A stretch of 63,788 nt of DNA, counting the filler, from Trichosphaerium sp. ATCC 40318 (lineage: Eukaryota; Protista; Tubulinea): assembly GCA_038496445.1 (NCBI GenBank). It is 4 parts of 4 records of this genome, joined end to end, with 100 filler letters (N's around TTAATTAATTAA, not from the genome) between each part and the next. Parts side by side here need not be neighbours in the genome. Positions count along the whole stretch, not along the records: positions 1 to 22,963 come from JALMLS010000384.1; 3 more parts are not named here. One strand, written 5' to 3'. The notes under the pieces were generated by a model that ran no database searches, was not told the origin of the DNA, and saw nothing but the letters and a program-made list of their open reading frames with translations. Positions 1 to 13,207 of this stretch are shown here, one piece after another. Each line of letters begins with the position of its first letter. Positions within the stretch are counted from its first letter, which is position 1. Position numbers and translations under genes: made by a program.

Positions 1-375
1 TTAAAGTTTTTACTTATTCTCGTTCCTTCGCACGTGTTTGTTTTAATTATTTCTTATTTCTATTAGTACAACATGAGAATAAATTAACTTAGTAGTAATT
101 ACAAGCGAGTAAAGTGTCATTAATGGTTTCATAAAGTTACTTAGTAGATTACTGCCAACATCTTTGGAAAAAAAAATACATTTGTGTTGGCAACAGATTT
201 TGATTTTATTTAGTCTATATTTACACCAATGAACTCCAATTACCTTGTACAAGAACCCAAATTGTTTCAGGTGTAAAATGTAGGGATTGAACTTGCTTGG
301 CTGAATACGACAGGGCAGTAGTGCCTATGTCGAGACGTTACATTATGTTACTACCAACTGTTACAACAGTAGTTG

Positions 376-2057
376 TTACTCCCAATCTTTTAAACCAAAT
401 AGTTTAAGTCCAAAATCATCAAGACCAAGTCTATCAACATATGGTCTATATTCAGGAATCTCATCAAGTGTTCTTTTTGCTGTGCGCCTTTCACGAATAT
501 AGCATTCATCTTTTGCAGGAATCATCTTTACAAATTGAATCAATCTCATTTTATTCGAAGTGTTTCCATAGTTAGCGTGTGCTTGTCCTGAATTCCAAAT
601 AACCATCTCTCCTGCACGTAAAGGCACCTATACAAAACGGTAAACACAAAACGGTAAACACAAAGCCAACAAAGAGGAAGCACTGTTAAAAGTACAACAA
701 AATTTCAGAAGGACAATATCTTACTCTTTGCGTGTACTGTTGTATTGGGTCTGATGGCGGTACACGTGTTAATATATTCTTATTGTGTGGTTTAATATGT
801 GTATTTCGCCTGAAAAATCTTGGTTAAGCAAAAACACGTGGTAAAAAAAACTTACCACTTGTTCAAAAACCTTGTTGATCCGGGAACAGTTAGAAATCCA
901 CCAACTTCTTCAGGGCAATCGTCTATCATTTGCAAGTTAATACTTGAATATTCAATTATTAGTTTTCAATGTATGTGCGTACCTAAAGCGATAAGAGCTT
1001 GGTATCTTGCGGTCAAGCCATCTGTAACTTCTTCCATGTACCTTAAAAAAACCGTTATAAATTGGTTCAGAGAATTACTTGGCTATTTCTTACTGCCATG
1101 GATTCAAGTCCCAATGAAGTTGAAGATTAAATTTCCAGGCGGGTCTCTCTTTTTTAGTTTCTGATCCAACAAAATCAAGGTTCTTTGTTCCTCTCATAAC
1201 ACCCCAATAGTCTATAGTTGTCCATAACTTTTTTGTTCCATGAATCTCACAAAAAGTCCGATAAATTGTTTTATTTATTCTATTCTCAAATGCTACCTTA
1301 TGTAATGCAGGTCGTCTGAATAAATACTTACTACCCGAAGGCCAGTTCTTTGTTTCCCATGTACAAGGTTTTGAGCGATCAAGCTTGACTTCCTGATGAG
1401 AACAAGCATCTTCATTGGCTTCTTCAAAAAGTGCTTTTTGAGATTTAACACACTCTTCTTTGTTTAATACTCTTATAACAACAAACCCATACTGCGCTAG
1501 AACAGGCAAGTACTTTTCTGGTTCTGTTGGTTCAAAAGAAAGCATGTAATCGCCTTTGCGAGGGTACTTTGAAAACATCTTCGAGTGATCAGTGTTTTGC
1601 CATATTTCTTGGTATGTTCGTTCTTGATTCTGTTTTTTCGATTGCTGGACATTAAGATTTCCGAAAATAGCCTCACGTGAGTATACAAACTGTTTTTCAT
1701 GCTTTTTACGTATAACACGAGCGTCGTTGCTATGTTTGCGTTGTTGTTTTGACGTTTGAGCTTTTTTCCGTTGTTCTAAGTTGAATTTACATAAAAGTAT
1801 GTCACATTCAAGGTCGTCTTCGTGCTTGAGCGAAATAAGTAGTTTATAGCGATATAAAGCCAAAAAATGTTATACTTACCTCCCAAGTAGCGTGTTCAAC
1901 GTCCCAACCTTCCCACTTTACTAAATACTCTATAGCGCCCTTAAAGGCGTATAAATAGTCAACAAAAAACTATTCTCACTCGTACGGATTTCAACGTTCT
2001 TTTATTTAGTACGCGTTCTGGTATCCAATCGTCAATATCATTTACTGTATTGTCCAT
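376..2057 (-). CDS. Chromodomain + PhyH-like Fe(II)/2OG dioxygenase (multi-exon), copy 1
   Basis: Spliced exons give WIPERVLNKR..IEYLVKWEGWDVEHATWE (chromodomain), then YGFVVI, LHWDLNPW (HxD), GGFLTVPGS and LRAGEMVIWNSGQAHAN..R (PhyH-like). Confidence 0.8.
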
Positions 2058-2752
2058 ACAATTATTGTTTGTTTGGAGGGAAAATAAAGTTAATAATTCA
2101 ATGAAACAAACTTTTTTTTTTCTTTACAGTTTCCTTTTTAAGAGCGTTTTAAAAAACATCTTTCGACTCAGATTAGTCTACACAATTTCCATCCTCTGAA
2201 ACTAGGTATGTTCTTCTAACTGAGTATGAGTCTACTAGTACAGTAGCAACATAGAACAAGGATGTAAAGTACTTCACGTGGCGCAAAGAAAATGGCCGTG
2301 CTTGCTACATTTTGATTGGCACAAGAATCCGACTAGCTTCACTGTCACGATTAGTAGTATCTTTTACATAACACTTGCACATGTTGTCAGCACTCCCCAG
2401 CAGAAACAAATAGAAGAAACCGCCTCTTGCTAGTCTGATTTAATTTTCGAAGTAGTTTTTTCGAACTTTTTCGTTTCGAACTTTCCCAGTTGTATTTTTA
2501 GGCGTCACTGATAGTATCCAACTACAATTCTTTCGCACAGAAAACAAAGGTCTGTTGTAAGTCCTGTAGAAGATGCTGACCACCAGACCCCAATCAAATT
2601 CATACCAGAGATCCTTAAATGAAAAGAAATCAAATGAAGCACAAGATAATAAGCACTTACAACTACAAGAAGATACACCGTAAAATTTAGATGCTCCAAA
2701 TTGAGAAGAATTTCGTCAATTTTCGAGAAACAGTTGGAATACTATTAAGAAA

Positions 2753-3960
2753 ATGTCGTACTCGCAACACCAACTCTTCTTGGTGGCATTTGTAAGCCTA
2801 TTATGCCTTTCAAAGGTATACGCAGATTGTAGCTCGATAGTAGCCCAAGACGGCTCACAATATGATCTATCTGCGCTTATTGGTAAGCTAGTAACCGGAT
2901 ACGGTACTGTAAAGTGTGACGGTTGCGGTGGAGGAGTAAGTGAACAAAAAAGCGAACATTCCACTTACTACTATTGTAGAAAGATAAATACCAATACCGC
3001 GTATCTATATGCAAAGAATCGAACGTTCTTTGCCAAAATGTGCGTCTTTTGGACACATCTTGCTTTCAATCTGTTTGCTGACCACACCATAGCAATACTT
3101 CGCTGGCTGTCAAGCGTGGGGGCAATATAATGCTCAAGGAGCAATGGTACAGTGACATTTCCAAGGAGGTGTTCCGAAATTTCTCGATATGGAATCGAAC
3201 TCTGTTGGATTGTTCTTTCTTCTTCGCTTACTTCATCTAATTGTTTGTTCAGTACTCGATTGGTACAATAGATACAGAACAAGCAATTGGTCTTGATAAC
3301 AATGGAGGTGTTAAACTGAGCTACTCTGGTGGTTATCTACACCGAACTTTTGAACGTAAGCGCATAGAAGATAGTCAATTTTGTATCTAACATGATTTGT
3401 GTGCTAGTGACAATATCTTGCGGAACAGATGGTATTCAGTTTTGGCTTGACACATTTTTTGGCTTCATGCTGATAGTTTTCTTTTAGCATGGACCAATTT
3501 CCAAGTCTTTGATAATGAAGGGCTTCACTATAGAATGACAGCCTCATCTATCCACGCTTGTAAGACCAATAGCGGCGGCAGCCCCACAAGTGGAGGTGGT
3601 GGCGGTGGCGGCAAAGGAGATGATAACAAAAAAAAAAAGGATTAAGTATTGGTTCCATTATGCTTATTGTACTCTTGCTTGGTGTCATTGCATACGTAGC
3701 TGGTACAGTTACTTTCAATATTGTTAGGAAAAATGGAGAGAAAATTCCTCACAAAGTGCGTATCTTGCTCAGTTGTCCAAAAATAAACAAGTGGTATTTA
3801 CTTTTACCAAATAGGACTTCTGGTTCAGCATTCCTGGGCTTTGCAAAGATGGTGCAATGTTTCTAGTCGGACTAGGTATGTTTTTCCGCATTAGCAAGTA
3901 CGAGAATTCGTTCTCACTATTTGTTTAGTCACAAAGAGAGATGAATACTCTGAAGTATAA
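2753..3960 (+). CDS. Type I membrane protein, MRH-domain (CD-M6PR/ATG27-like), multi-exon, copy 1
   Basis: Signal peptide, DGSQYDLSAL, Cys pattern, Gly linker, TM GLSIGSIMLIVLLLGVIAYV, IPH..FW..IPGLCKDG tail ending EYSEV. Confidence 0.7.
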
Positions 3961-4199
3961 TGTTACTTTCTTATAAATTTATCCATTATTTCACTCACCG
4001 TAATAAAACTGTTCTTTAAACTTGCAGCATAAGTAATACATAGCAAAAGGAATCTCGTATATGAACGCCACAGGACTCCATTTATTCAGCATTGCTTAAT
4101 AGTTGGTAGTTCGTTGTTTACCAACACTTGAAAAATGAGATTAAAGGTAAGCAAATCCGCGTAAAGTACAACATTTCGAATAAACAAAAACAAGCTTAG

Positions 4200-7100
4200 A
4201 TTGGACAACGTTGTCAATATAAGGGAGACGCGCTTGGGAGGAAAGACGCTCAGTCTTTGGTGGCTCTAGCGTAGCCACACGAGCGGATTTATTCTACCCA
4301 CGTCAATCCTCTAGCCATGGTTGAGGTTGACCATCCTCCCCAGCGCGATCTGTATGATCAAGGCCATGTTTAAGCCATTGAAACATTAATTTTGGTGCTA
4401 TTAATCTGTCTTCTTTGTTTTTTACAATGTATATTTGATATGCATCTGAGCTCCAATCGCCAATATATTTTATCCATTCATTAGGAACTCCTGCTGCAGC
4501 TGCATGTGTTGCTCCGCCACGCCTGTATGAGTGTCCAGCATATTCTTTAGTATTATTTACCATCTTTGAAACCATTAGTTTGGTCCATTTTACAAATTTA
4601 GAGTATGTTATTTGTGACCACCTTCCGTTGTTCTTGTGTCTAAACAGGGATTTTCCTTGTATGGGTTTGACCTGTTTAATTAGTCTGTTTATCGCTGTTG
4701 TAGGGCATAAAGGGTGACCTTCCATATCCAGAAACGGTATTACGTGTTTTCTCTCACGGAATCGAATTGTTTTTGTTTGTCTAAGTGTAAACCACCAAGT
4801 ATCACCGTCAAACTCTATGTTGGACCTTGATACGTGTCTATCGACACTAAATTCTGCTACTTTACGAGGAACCAAGTTACCTATCCTTAGCATTCCCCAA
4901 AATGCCATTAATGCTGCTGTCCAATAAACCAGATCCTTGTTTTGTCGCAAATCCACTTTTTTTCTTATGTTCAATAACATCACTGCTGTCATAGGTCGTT
5001 TTCTGTCTACTCTATCTCCTACCTTCCTTCTAAGGCCTCTTAACATATCATGATATAATACACAATTTTCTCTTGGGTCAGCATAACCTAATCTTTTCGA
5101 AAGCCATGCCCAATGTGAGAAGTATACGCGGATAGTGTCAGGCTTTACCCCTCTTCCTCTGCTGATTCTTTTGCCCACAATGCTACTACCAGTTGCATGT
5201 GTTGAGAGCTCAAAGGCATCCATTGACTTTGTGGAATATTGAGCTTGAGCAGTGCAATAACTACTGCTTTTATCGCTGACATTCTATTATTGCTTGTACT
5301 TCTGGGATAGGCCTCTCGCAGGATTCTAATACGTTTGTTTTGTACTTCTGTTAAGAATTCTAAATAAATTTATTTAATAAAACGTCCTGTTACATTAAAA
5401 AAGCCTAATTGATTTGCTTTGGTATAAAATTGTTGTGTTTGCAGTCTACTTAAAGCGTCAGCAAGGGTATTTTCTTTTGAGGGAATCCAAGTTGCAGTAA
5501 GCCGGAATCCGAATGCTGCCGACCATTTATGCAGATCGTATATCATCTTCATAGCTCTGGAATTGCGCATTACCAGTCTGTTGACTGATGCAACTACTCC
5601 TGTATTATCCACTAATAAATTGTTGATAAGTTTATTGGCAAATAAGTGTTTCCATTCTTTTATTGCCATCACACCGCATACATCTCCTTAACATTGATAT
5701 GCCATTTTTTTTCTTCTTTTGTAAAGACATGGATAAGCCATGAACCATTTAAAAACGCGCCTGCTGCTATGTTTGAAGCGTCTGTTTGAAACAAACCTTT
5801 TGATAATGGTAACGGACATAGTAAAATTGCCTTACCATTCCATAGGTCCATCATATCATGCCACCACTTTAAGTCTTTTTGCATTGCTGTTGTCTTGTGT
5901 ACCCACTGTTCATTATTGCTATAGTGCCTTAAGCCGTCATATATCCTTCTTAGGTATGTATGTCCCCCATATACAACCTGAGCCGCAAAGTTTAATGTAC
6001 CAGTAAGTTGTTGCCACTTCCTTAACTTCGCTGACTTCTGCTGAAGAAACCAAACCACCAATTTTTTAATTTTTGTCCTTTTACGCTCTGTTAAAGTAAT
6101 CGTACGCTTGGCTGTGTTGATCTCATAGCCCAGAAAGGTGAGGCACTGTGTTGGACCTTGACACTTATCTTTAGACATTTCAAAACCTAAATTTTCTAGT
6201 ATTTTCATTAGCGTTTTCATTGCAACTTTAACTTCTTCTTTAGATCTTCCAATAATCAACCAATCGTCGAAGTAAACAACATGAAAGCTAAAGCCTATTG
6301 ACCGCAAGTACCTAGAGATCATGGCCATCAATCTAATAAATACTTCTGGCGCTCTATTCCATCCAAAGGGAAGCCTACCATCCTTATATAATATTCCTTT
6401 CCATTCAAACGCTATCAAATCATGATGTTTAGGGTTTACTGGTACCATTCGATATGCTGAAAACATATCCTCTTTACCTAACCATAAGACACTATTACTG
6501 TTGTTTCTAATAAAGGTTAAAGCTTCTTTTAGAGCTGTTAATGTAAAACTTTGTGGTGTTTCAGATAGATCATTAACTGAAGTCCCAATAGGAAGATTTA
6601 AACAAACCACTTTACGTATCTTATTTCGGAATTGTCCTTTGTCATCATATTTTGGGATTGCTGCTATTTTGTTACATTTTCGTACCTTGTTAGCCTTGTA
6701 AATCCAGCCTCTAGACAACTCTAAGTTTATATCTTTGCTTACTAGAGTGCTCCATTGATTGCAAGTTTTAGAATTTTCTACTCTTGTTTCTTTAATCACT
6801 GTACCTACTGGAACTAAAGAGATACCTATTGTAATCCACCCCGACAACCACACCCAATCCTTATCTTTACTCATTAATGAGGACCATAATTTAACTTTTT
6901 TAGACATTAACGCTGCTGAGAAAGAGAACGAAAGTTTATTGAGTACAGGCAACGTTAATTTTGATTGTCACCTTCTTTGATTAGGACAGGTATTATGCCA
7001 ATGCCCTTTTATACCACAACTGAAGCACACATGCTTTAGGTAACATCCATTTGGGCGTCTGGAGAAGCGACAGTTATCACTACTCAATGAATTCGCTTGA

Positions 7101-8710
7101 ATACAGGCCAGGTGATCATTGGTGATGTTCCAAGGGTTGTTTCTGCTACCAACTTGAGCATCGATCACTTCTTGCTTGGTGAGTGGAGGGCGTCTAGGTT
7201 GCTGTTGCCGTCTTGGCCTTGGTGGACCTCTAGGTTGATTGTTGGGTTGTTGAACCGGCCCTAGGTACATGTTAAAGTACAACTGAGGAACCAAGTATGG
7301 AGAATCAGATCGTTCCCAGAATTTTCTTACTGCACGATCAAAAATGAGTACCTGCTGCTGCGTATACATTGACAATAGGGCTAGCACTTGGTTGTGGTAT
7401 CTTTGATAGTGCTCTAACATAGTCTTCGAAATAAGACTGTTGGTCATATCTACGTTTGCTTGGCGGAGGATCAAACGAAGACGCATAATCAGATCTGCGT
7501 CGCTGGTTATCGGAATGGCTTTGGAGGGCCTGTGTGAAAGCACTGGTGAGCTATCAAAGACATTAAAAGACTGTACAAACTCTGGAAAATAAACTGGGTT
7601 TTTTATACCAAAACGCGTAATTCCACAAATCAAAGGAGAGTTGGTGAAAGTTTTTCGAAGTGCTGCTGCCTCTTCGGCACTTACCGCAGTGAAATCTGAG
7701 GGCATAATACCCTGAACCAATGGTGTAGGCGTTGTTTTTGCCATCAGTCCATTGTACGGCGCTGTAACATTGTCAAAAGAAAAAGTATCTGTTTTTGGAG
7801 TACCTTGTTGGTTTTGGTACTGATAAGGGTTAGGTAGCCCTGTTCCTGTCGCTGTACCCTGGTCTGGTACCGACTGAATGCCTTGTGTAGGGCGTGGCGG
7901 TGTAGCCGTAACCTCCGTGGTCGCAGAGTTCTGCAAGCCTACACGAGAGGCATAAGAAAGACAAATTTCTCTTGCTTTTTCCAAAATTTGTAATCTTTTT
8001 TGGTTTTTGTCCACGTGCCTTCCGGTTCCTTTGAGGCTTGTTGTTGTTTAAGCTCGTCATTCAGAGCTTGATTTTCTTTCTGAACCACGTCCAGTTGCCG
8101 TTTGAGTACTTCTGTTTGTCGCTGGTAGTCCTCTGTCGCTTGAATTAGGTTCTGTACCAGTTGGAGCTGCTCTGGACTAGAAAGATCCAGATCCTCGCGA
8201 ATTGTAAGGTCTTCGGAGGAAACTCGGCTATTTTAATCCAGTCCGGATACTTTTTCAACTCTACATCTGTAGCGACCTGTTCGTAAATCTCAGTATAGTA
8301 TCTCTGGATTGCGCCATAATCTTATCCCACAACTGTGTCCCTTTAATTTTCTTGTCGGGATCAAGGTTAACGCCAGGAAATTAACAAAATCCCGCTTGGT
8401 TGCCTTCTCTTTTGTTTTTGAAAACTCACGGAATTGTGGAGCTGCATCCACAACAATTTTATACAGTATGGGCCTACGCCTAAATACTTACCAGTATCAC
8501 CAATGTTTTGATTGCTACTCGCCATTGTTGTTGTTGTTGCCTATTGTGTCCTTCGATATTGACAGTCTTGTTCAGTCAACCAAACGCTTGAAATGTTCCA
8601 CATCTTCATTCATTAATTGTCTTGTGGCTACTGCTGAATTCCCAGTAGTATTAGATAATGCAATTATAGGATACCTTTTATTAAATTATGTACTCCGCCA
8701 GAAAGGAGAC
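4200..8710 (-). mobile_element. DIRS-like YR retrotransposon, copy 1 (several 1-nt indels)
   Basis: Mirror of 11450-15960; YR 4303-~5283, RT/RH 5370-6952, gag 6968-~8525, each broken by frameshifts relative to copy 2. Ends approximate. Confidence 0.9.
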
Positions 8711-9458
8711 ATGTTGGAGTAATTGTAACGTACTTTCAAGGTAGTTGATGTCTTAAACATTTACATGTCAATGTCTGAACTCAGACTTACCAATTTTGGT
8801 AAGCAAGTAGTACGAGGTACAACAATGCGTCATGTTTAAATACTACGCAGTAAGCGAAACATTTGAGAGTATTGGAATGTATACTATCGCTGACGTAAGC
8901 AACGTAAGATGTCTCTACAAGAAAGCCGCCAGTGTTGTTAAAAAAAATTGTTCGGTTTTATTTTTCTCTAGCAATATTGCTTTGTTTTATCCCTTCTGGT
9001 AGAAATAAGTGTACCAATATTATCCGAGTATAATCGTCAATAGTTGTAACTTGATATACACTGGCACGAATGTTGTGTGAAAACCAGATGAACAAAAGTG
9101 CCTATTTTGGATGGTTCTAAAAAAACGTGTTAAATTACCTACCATTGAAGCAAGTTTGTTACCTTTCTTTAATGCGGAACATTCGCTATCAGCATCTAGT
9201 GTTACAGTGTTTGTGTCATGAAGCAGTTTAAAGGGAATGCAGCAACCAAACAACAGTTTTGTTTGATAAAACGCGAACAGTTGAAATCAAGAAAAGAAAA
9301 CATGTTCAACTTCGATGTGCGTATGCTCGTCAAAAAACCCTTTACAATTACCATCGTTGCGCTAGTAATAGGTCGGATAATACAATCTAGCGGTCTGTAT
9401 TGACTTAGCTCACACGTCAATTTTATTCGCTATTCCAAAACAAAAAGCTCTTCGCGGT

Positions 9459-11184
9459 ATGCGAGGTAGACACTTGTCCATAAACGTAAAGTTTGCAGTG
9501 ATTACGCTAGTGTTTTACTTCGGACTAACAGAATCGGCTTGCCTTCAACCCAATGGTGGTTTAGAACACTGGTATACCTTCGATAATGGTATAGGAGCGA
9601 ACAATTTTAGAGGCAGTTACGGTAAACTAAACACTACAACAAAGATTTCCAGTATTGAGGTTAGTACCTTCTTTCTTTATATCAAAAGATTACATATTGA
9701 CTTGTTTTTCCGCTGTAAAACAGAGAGGGGTTGTAGGAAATAGTCTTTGGCTATCAAATGGGACGTTCGAGATTAATGTTCAAGATCCTGTACCACACAT
9801 TCTAGGTAACCTAAGCAAAAGAAACGTGACCGTGCTCCAAAAAAAAAAAATGGAGTCACGTTTTTATTTTATTTTTGTTGTTTTCTTCGTCCTTTTTTTT
9901 TCCGATCCCCGATTCGGTAACACTTTCAAAGGTGATTTCGTAGTTGAGATGTGGACAAAAGTAGACGTTTTAAGACAACCGGAGCACGTTTTATTCTCTC
10001 AGTATGATGAATCGCCTGTACCTATTGGCTATATTGTTGGGTTGAACGACGACGGTACAATGAATATTCATTTGTCAAATTGTAAGTACAAATTACTTAA
10101 AGGGGTTAACTTTACTCCGCATTTTCCCCTAACTTTACATTAGCTGCATCATATACAGCTGTATCAAATGTATCCATAGCCGATAATAAATGGCACCATA
10201 TAGCGCTAGTAATGTATAGGTACGCTTTTCAAGAAAAAAAGATCTGTTCGTTGACATTTTACAAAAAAAGTGATGGAAGAATACCAAATCTCAGTGTTGA
10301 TGGTATAGAAAACAGTCTCATTGGCGCACAGCGAATAAATTGTTGTACACCGTTCCCTCAATCACCTTTTCGACTTGAAGATGGAAGATACGATGAGGTT
10401 TGTAATCACGTGAAAGAGAAAAAAATTAAGGTTATTTTAGGTATCTCTTTACAGAAATGCTCTCACAAACGTTGATGTGTTGCAGCTCTACGAAGCAGGT
10501 AATATAATTTATAAAAAATCACGTGATATTTTTCCTTGATTTAACATTGTAAAGGAAGCGATGGAAAGTGTAGCACTTCTGGTATACCAAACATAGGGAC
10601 AAAAGAATACTTAGAAAGTAAAGGCGCTGAATGTGTCCCACCAGCAAATTGCAGCTTTAACTCATCAACTACGCCTGTTGTCATTGATGATGTTGTTTTA
10701 GACGCCAGAAACTATACTATAATTGTTCAAGGTAACTAAGATCCTTATATTGATCAAAGCTCACGATTAACATTAGGAAACTTGACGTTTTTGCGATCAA
10801 TTGTAGTTGTTAACGAGCATACGCACATCGAAGTTGAACAGTGTCCTCTTTTTCTTGATTCAACTGTTCGCGTTTTATCAAACAAAACTGTTGTTTGGTT
10901 TGCTGCATTCCCTTTAAACTGCTTCATGGACACAAACACTGTAACACTAGATGCTGATAGCGAATGTTCCGCATTAAAGAAAGGTAACAAACTTGCTTCA
11001 ATTGGTAGGTAATTTAACACGTTTTTTTAGAACCATCCAAAATAGGCACTTTTGTTCATCTGGGTTTTCACACAACATGTCGTGCCAGTGTATTATCAAG
11101 TTACAAACTATTGACGATTATACTCGGGATAATATTGGTACACTTATTTCTACCAGAGGGATGAAAACAAAGCAATATTGCTAG
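9459..11184 (+). CDS. Secreted LamG/concanavalin-like domain protein (multi-exon)
   Basis: Signal peptide, LEHWYTFD, FVVEMWTK, ADNKWHHIALV, DE-V-SLYRNALT motifs across short introns; 3' end uncertain. Confidence 0.6.
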
Positions 11185-11629
11185 AGAAAAATAAAACCGA
11201 ACAATTTTTTTTACAACACTGGCGGCTTTCTTGTAGAGACTATCTTACGTTGCTTACGTCAGCGATAGTATACATTCCAATACTCTCAAATGTGTCGCTT
11301 ACTGCGTAGTATTTAAACATGACGCATTGTTGTACCTCGTACTACTTGCTTACCAAAATTGGTAATTCTGAGTTCAGACATTGACATGTAAATGTTTAAG
11401 ACATCAACTACCTTGAAAGTACGTTACAAATTACTCCAACATGTCTCCTTTCTGGCGGAGTACATAATTTAATAAAAGGTATCCTATAATTGCATTATCT
11501 AATACTATCTGGGAATTCAGCAGTAGCCACAAGACAATTAATGAATGAAGATGTGGAACATTTCAAGCGTTTGGTTGGACTGAACAAGACTGTCAATATC
11601 GAAGGACACAATAGGCAACAACAACAACA

Positions 11630-13192
11630 ATGGCGAGTAGCAATCAAAACATTGGTGATACTGGTAAGTATTTAGGCGTAGGCCCATACTGGTATAAAAT
11701 TGTTGTGGATGCAGCTCCACAATTCCGTGAGTTTTCAAAAACAAAAGAGAAGGCAACCAAGCGGGATTTTGTTAATTTCCTGGCGGTTAACCTTGATCCC
11801 GACAAGAAAATTAAAGGGACACAGTTGTGGGATAAGATTATGGCGCAATCCAGAGATACTATACTGGAGATTTACGAACAGGTCGCTACAGATGTAGAGT
11901 TGAAAAAGTATCCGGACTGGATTAAAATAGCCGGAGTTTCCTCCGAAGACCTTACAATTCGCGAGGATCTGGATCTTTCTAGTCCAGAGCAGCTCCAACT
12001 GGTACAGAACCTAATTCAAGCGACAGAGGACTACCAGCGACAAACAGAAGTACTCAAACGGCAACTGGACGTGGTTCAGAAAGAAAATCAAGCTCTGAAT
12101 GACGAGCTTAAACAACAACAAGCCTCAAAGGAACCGGAAGGCACGTGGACAAAAACCAAAAAAGATTTACAAATTTTGGAAAAAGCAAGAGAAATTTGTC
12201 TTTCTTATGCCTCTCGTGTAGGCTTGCAGAACTCTGCGACCACGGAGGTTACGGCTACACCGCCACGCCCTACACAAGGCATTCAGTCGGTACCAGACCA
12301 GGGTACAGCGACAGGAACAGGGCTACCTAACCCTTATCAGTACCAAAACCAACAAGGTACTCCAAAAACAGATACTTTTTCTTTTGACAATGTTACAGCG
12401 CCGTACAATGGACTGATGGCAAAAACAACGCCTACACCATTGGTTCAGGGTATTATGCCCTCAGATTTCACTGCGGTAAGTGCCGAAGAGGCAGCAGCAC
12501 TTCGAAAAACTTTCACCAACTCTCCTTTGATTTGTGGAATTACGCGTTTTGGTATAAAAAACCCAGTTTATTTTCCAGAGTTTGTACAGTCTTTTAATGT
12601 CTTTGATAGCTCACCAGTGCTTTCACACAGGCCCTCCAAAGCCATTCCGATAACCAGCGACGCAGATCTGATTATGCGTCTTCGTTTGATCCTCCGCCAA
12701 GCAAACGTAGATATGACCAACAGTCTTATTTCGAAGACTATGTTAGAGCACTATCAAAGATACCACAACCAAGTGCTAGCCCTATTGTCAATGTATACGC
12801 AGCAGCAGGTACTCATTTTTGATCGTGCAGTAAGAAAATTCTGGGAACGATCTGATTCTCCATACTTGGTTCCTCAGTTGTACTTTAACATGTACCTAGG
12901 GCCGGTTCAACAACCCAACAATCAACCTAGAGGTCCACCAAGGCCAAGACGGCAACAGCAACCTAGACGCCCTCCACTCACCAAGCAAGAAGTGATCGAT
13001 GCTCAAGTTGGTAGCAGAAACAACCCTTGGAACATCACCAATGATCACCTGGCCTGTATTCAAGCGAATTCATTGAGTAGTGATAACTGTCGCTTCTCCA
13101 GACGCCCAAATGGATGTTACCTAAAGCATGTGTGCTTCAGTTGTGGTATAAAAGGGCATTGGCATAATACCTGTCCTAATCAAAGAAGGTGA
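11630..13192 (+). CDS. gag: Gag-like protein with coiled coil and C-terminal CCCH/CCHC zinc fingers
   Basis: 520 aa ending C..C..C..HVCFSCGIKGHWHNTC, directly upstream of RT. Confidence 0.85.
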   Translation: MASSNQNIGDTGKYLGVGPYWYKIVVDAAPQFREFSKTKEKATKRDFVNFLAVNLDPDKKIKGTQLWDKIMAQSRDTILEIYEQVATDVELKKYPDWIKIAGVSSEDLTIREDLDLSSPEQLQLVQNLIQATEDYQRQTEVLKRQLDVVQKENQALNDELKQQQASKEPEGTWTKTKKDLQILEKAREICLSYASRVGLQNSATTEVTATPPRPTQGIQSVPDQGTATGTGLPNPYQYQNQQGTPKTDTFSFDNVTAPYNGLMAKTTPTPLVQGIMPSDFTAVSAEEAAALRKTFTNSPLICGITRFGIKNPVYFPEFVQSFNVFDSSPVLSHRPSKAIPITSDADLIMRLRLILRQANVDMTNSLISKTMLEHYQRYHNQVLALLSMYTQQQVLIFDRAVRKFWERSDSPYLVPQLYFNMYLGPVQQPNNQPRGPPRPRRQQQPRRPPLTKQEVIDAQVGSRNNPWNITNDHLACIQANSLSSDNCRFSRRPNGCYLKHVCFSCGIKGHWHNTCPNQRR

Positions 13193-13207
13193 CAATCAAA
13201 ATTAACG

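Larger units (their letters stand above)
1..9330. repeat. Left arm of large inverted duplication (partner 10813-20159)
   Basis: Base 1 onward is the reverse complement of 20159 backward; identical ORF sets in mirror order; similarity ends at gtatgctcgt (9321-9330) / acgagcatac (10813-10822). Confidence 0.97.

Noticed and set aside
4303-8722. Programmed frameshifts in the left retroelement copy
   Set aside because: They are 1-nt indels absent from the right copy; more likely sequencing error or decay.
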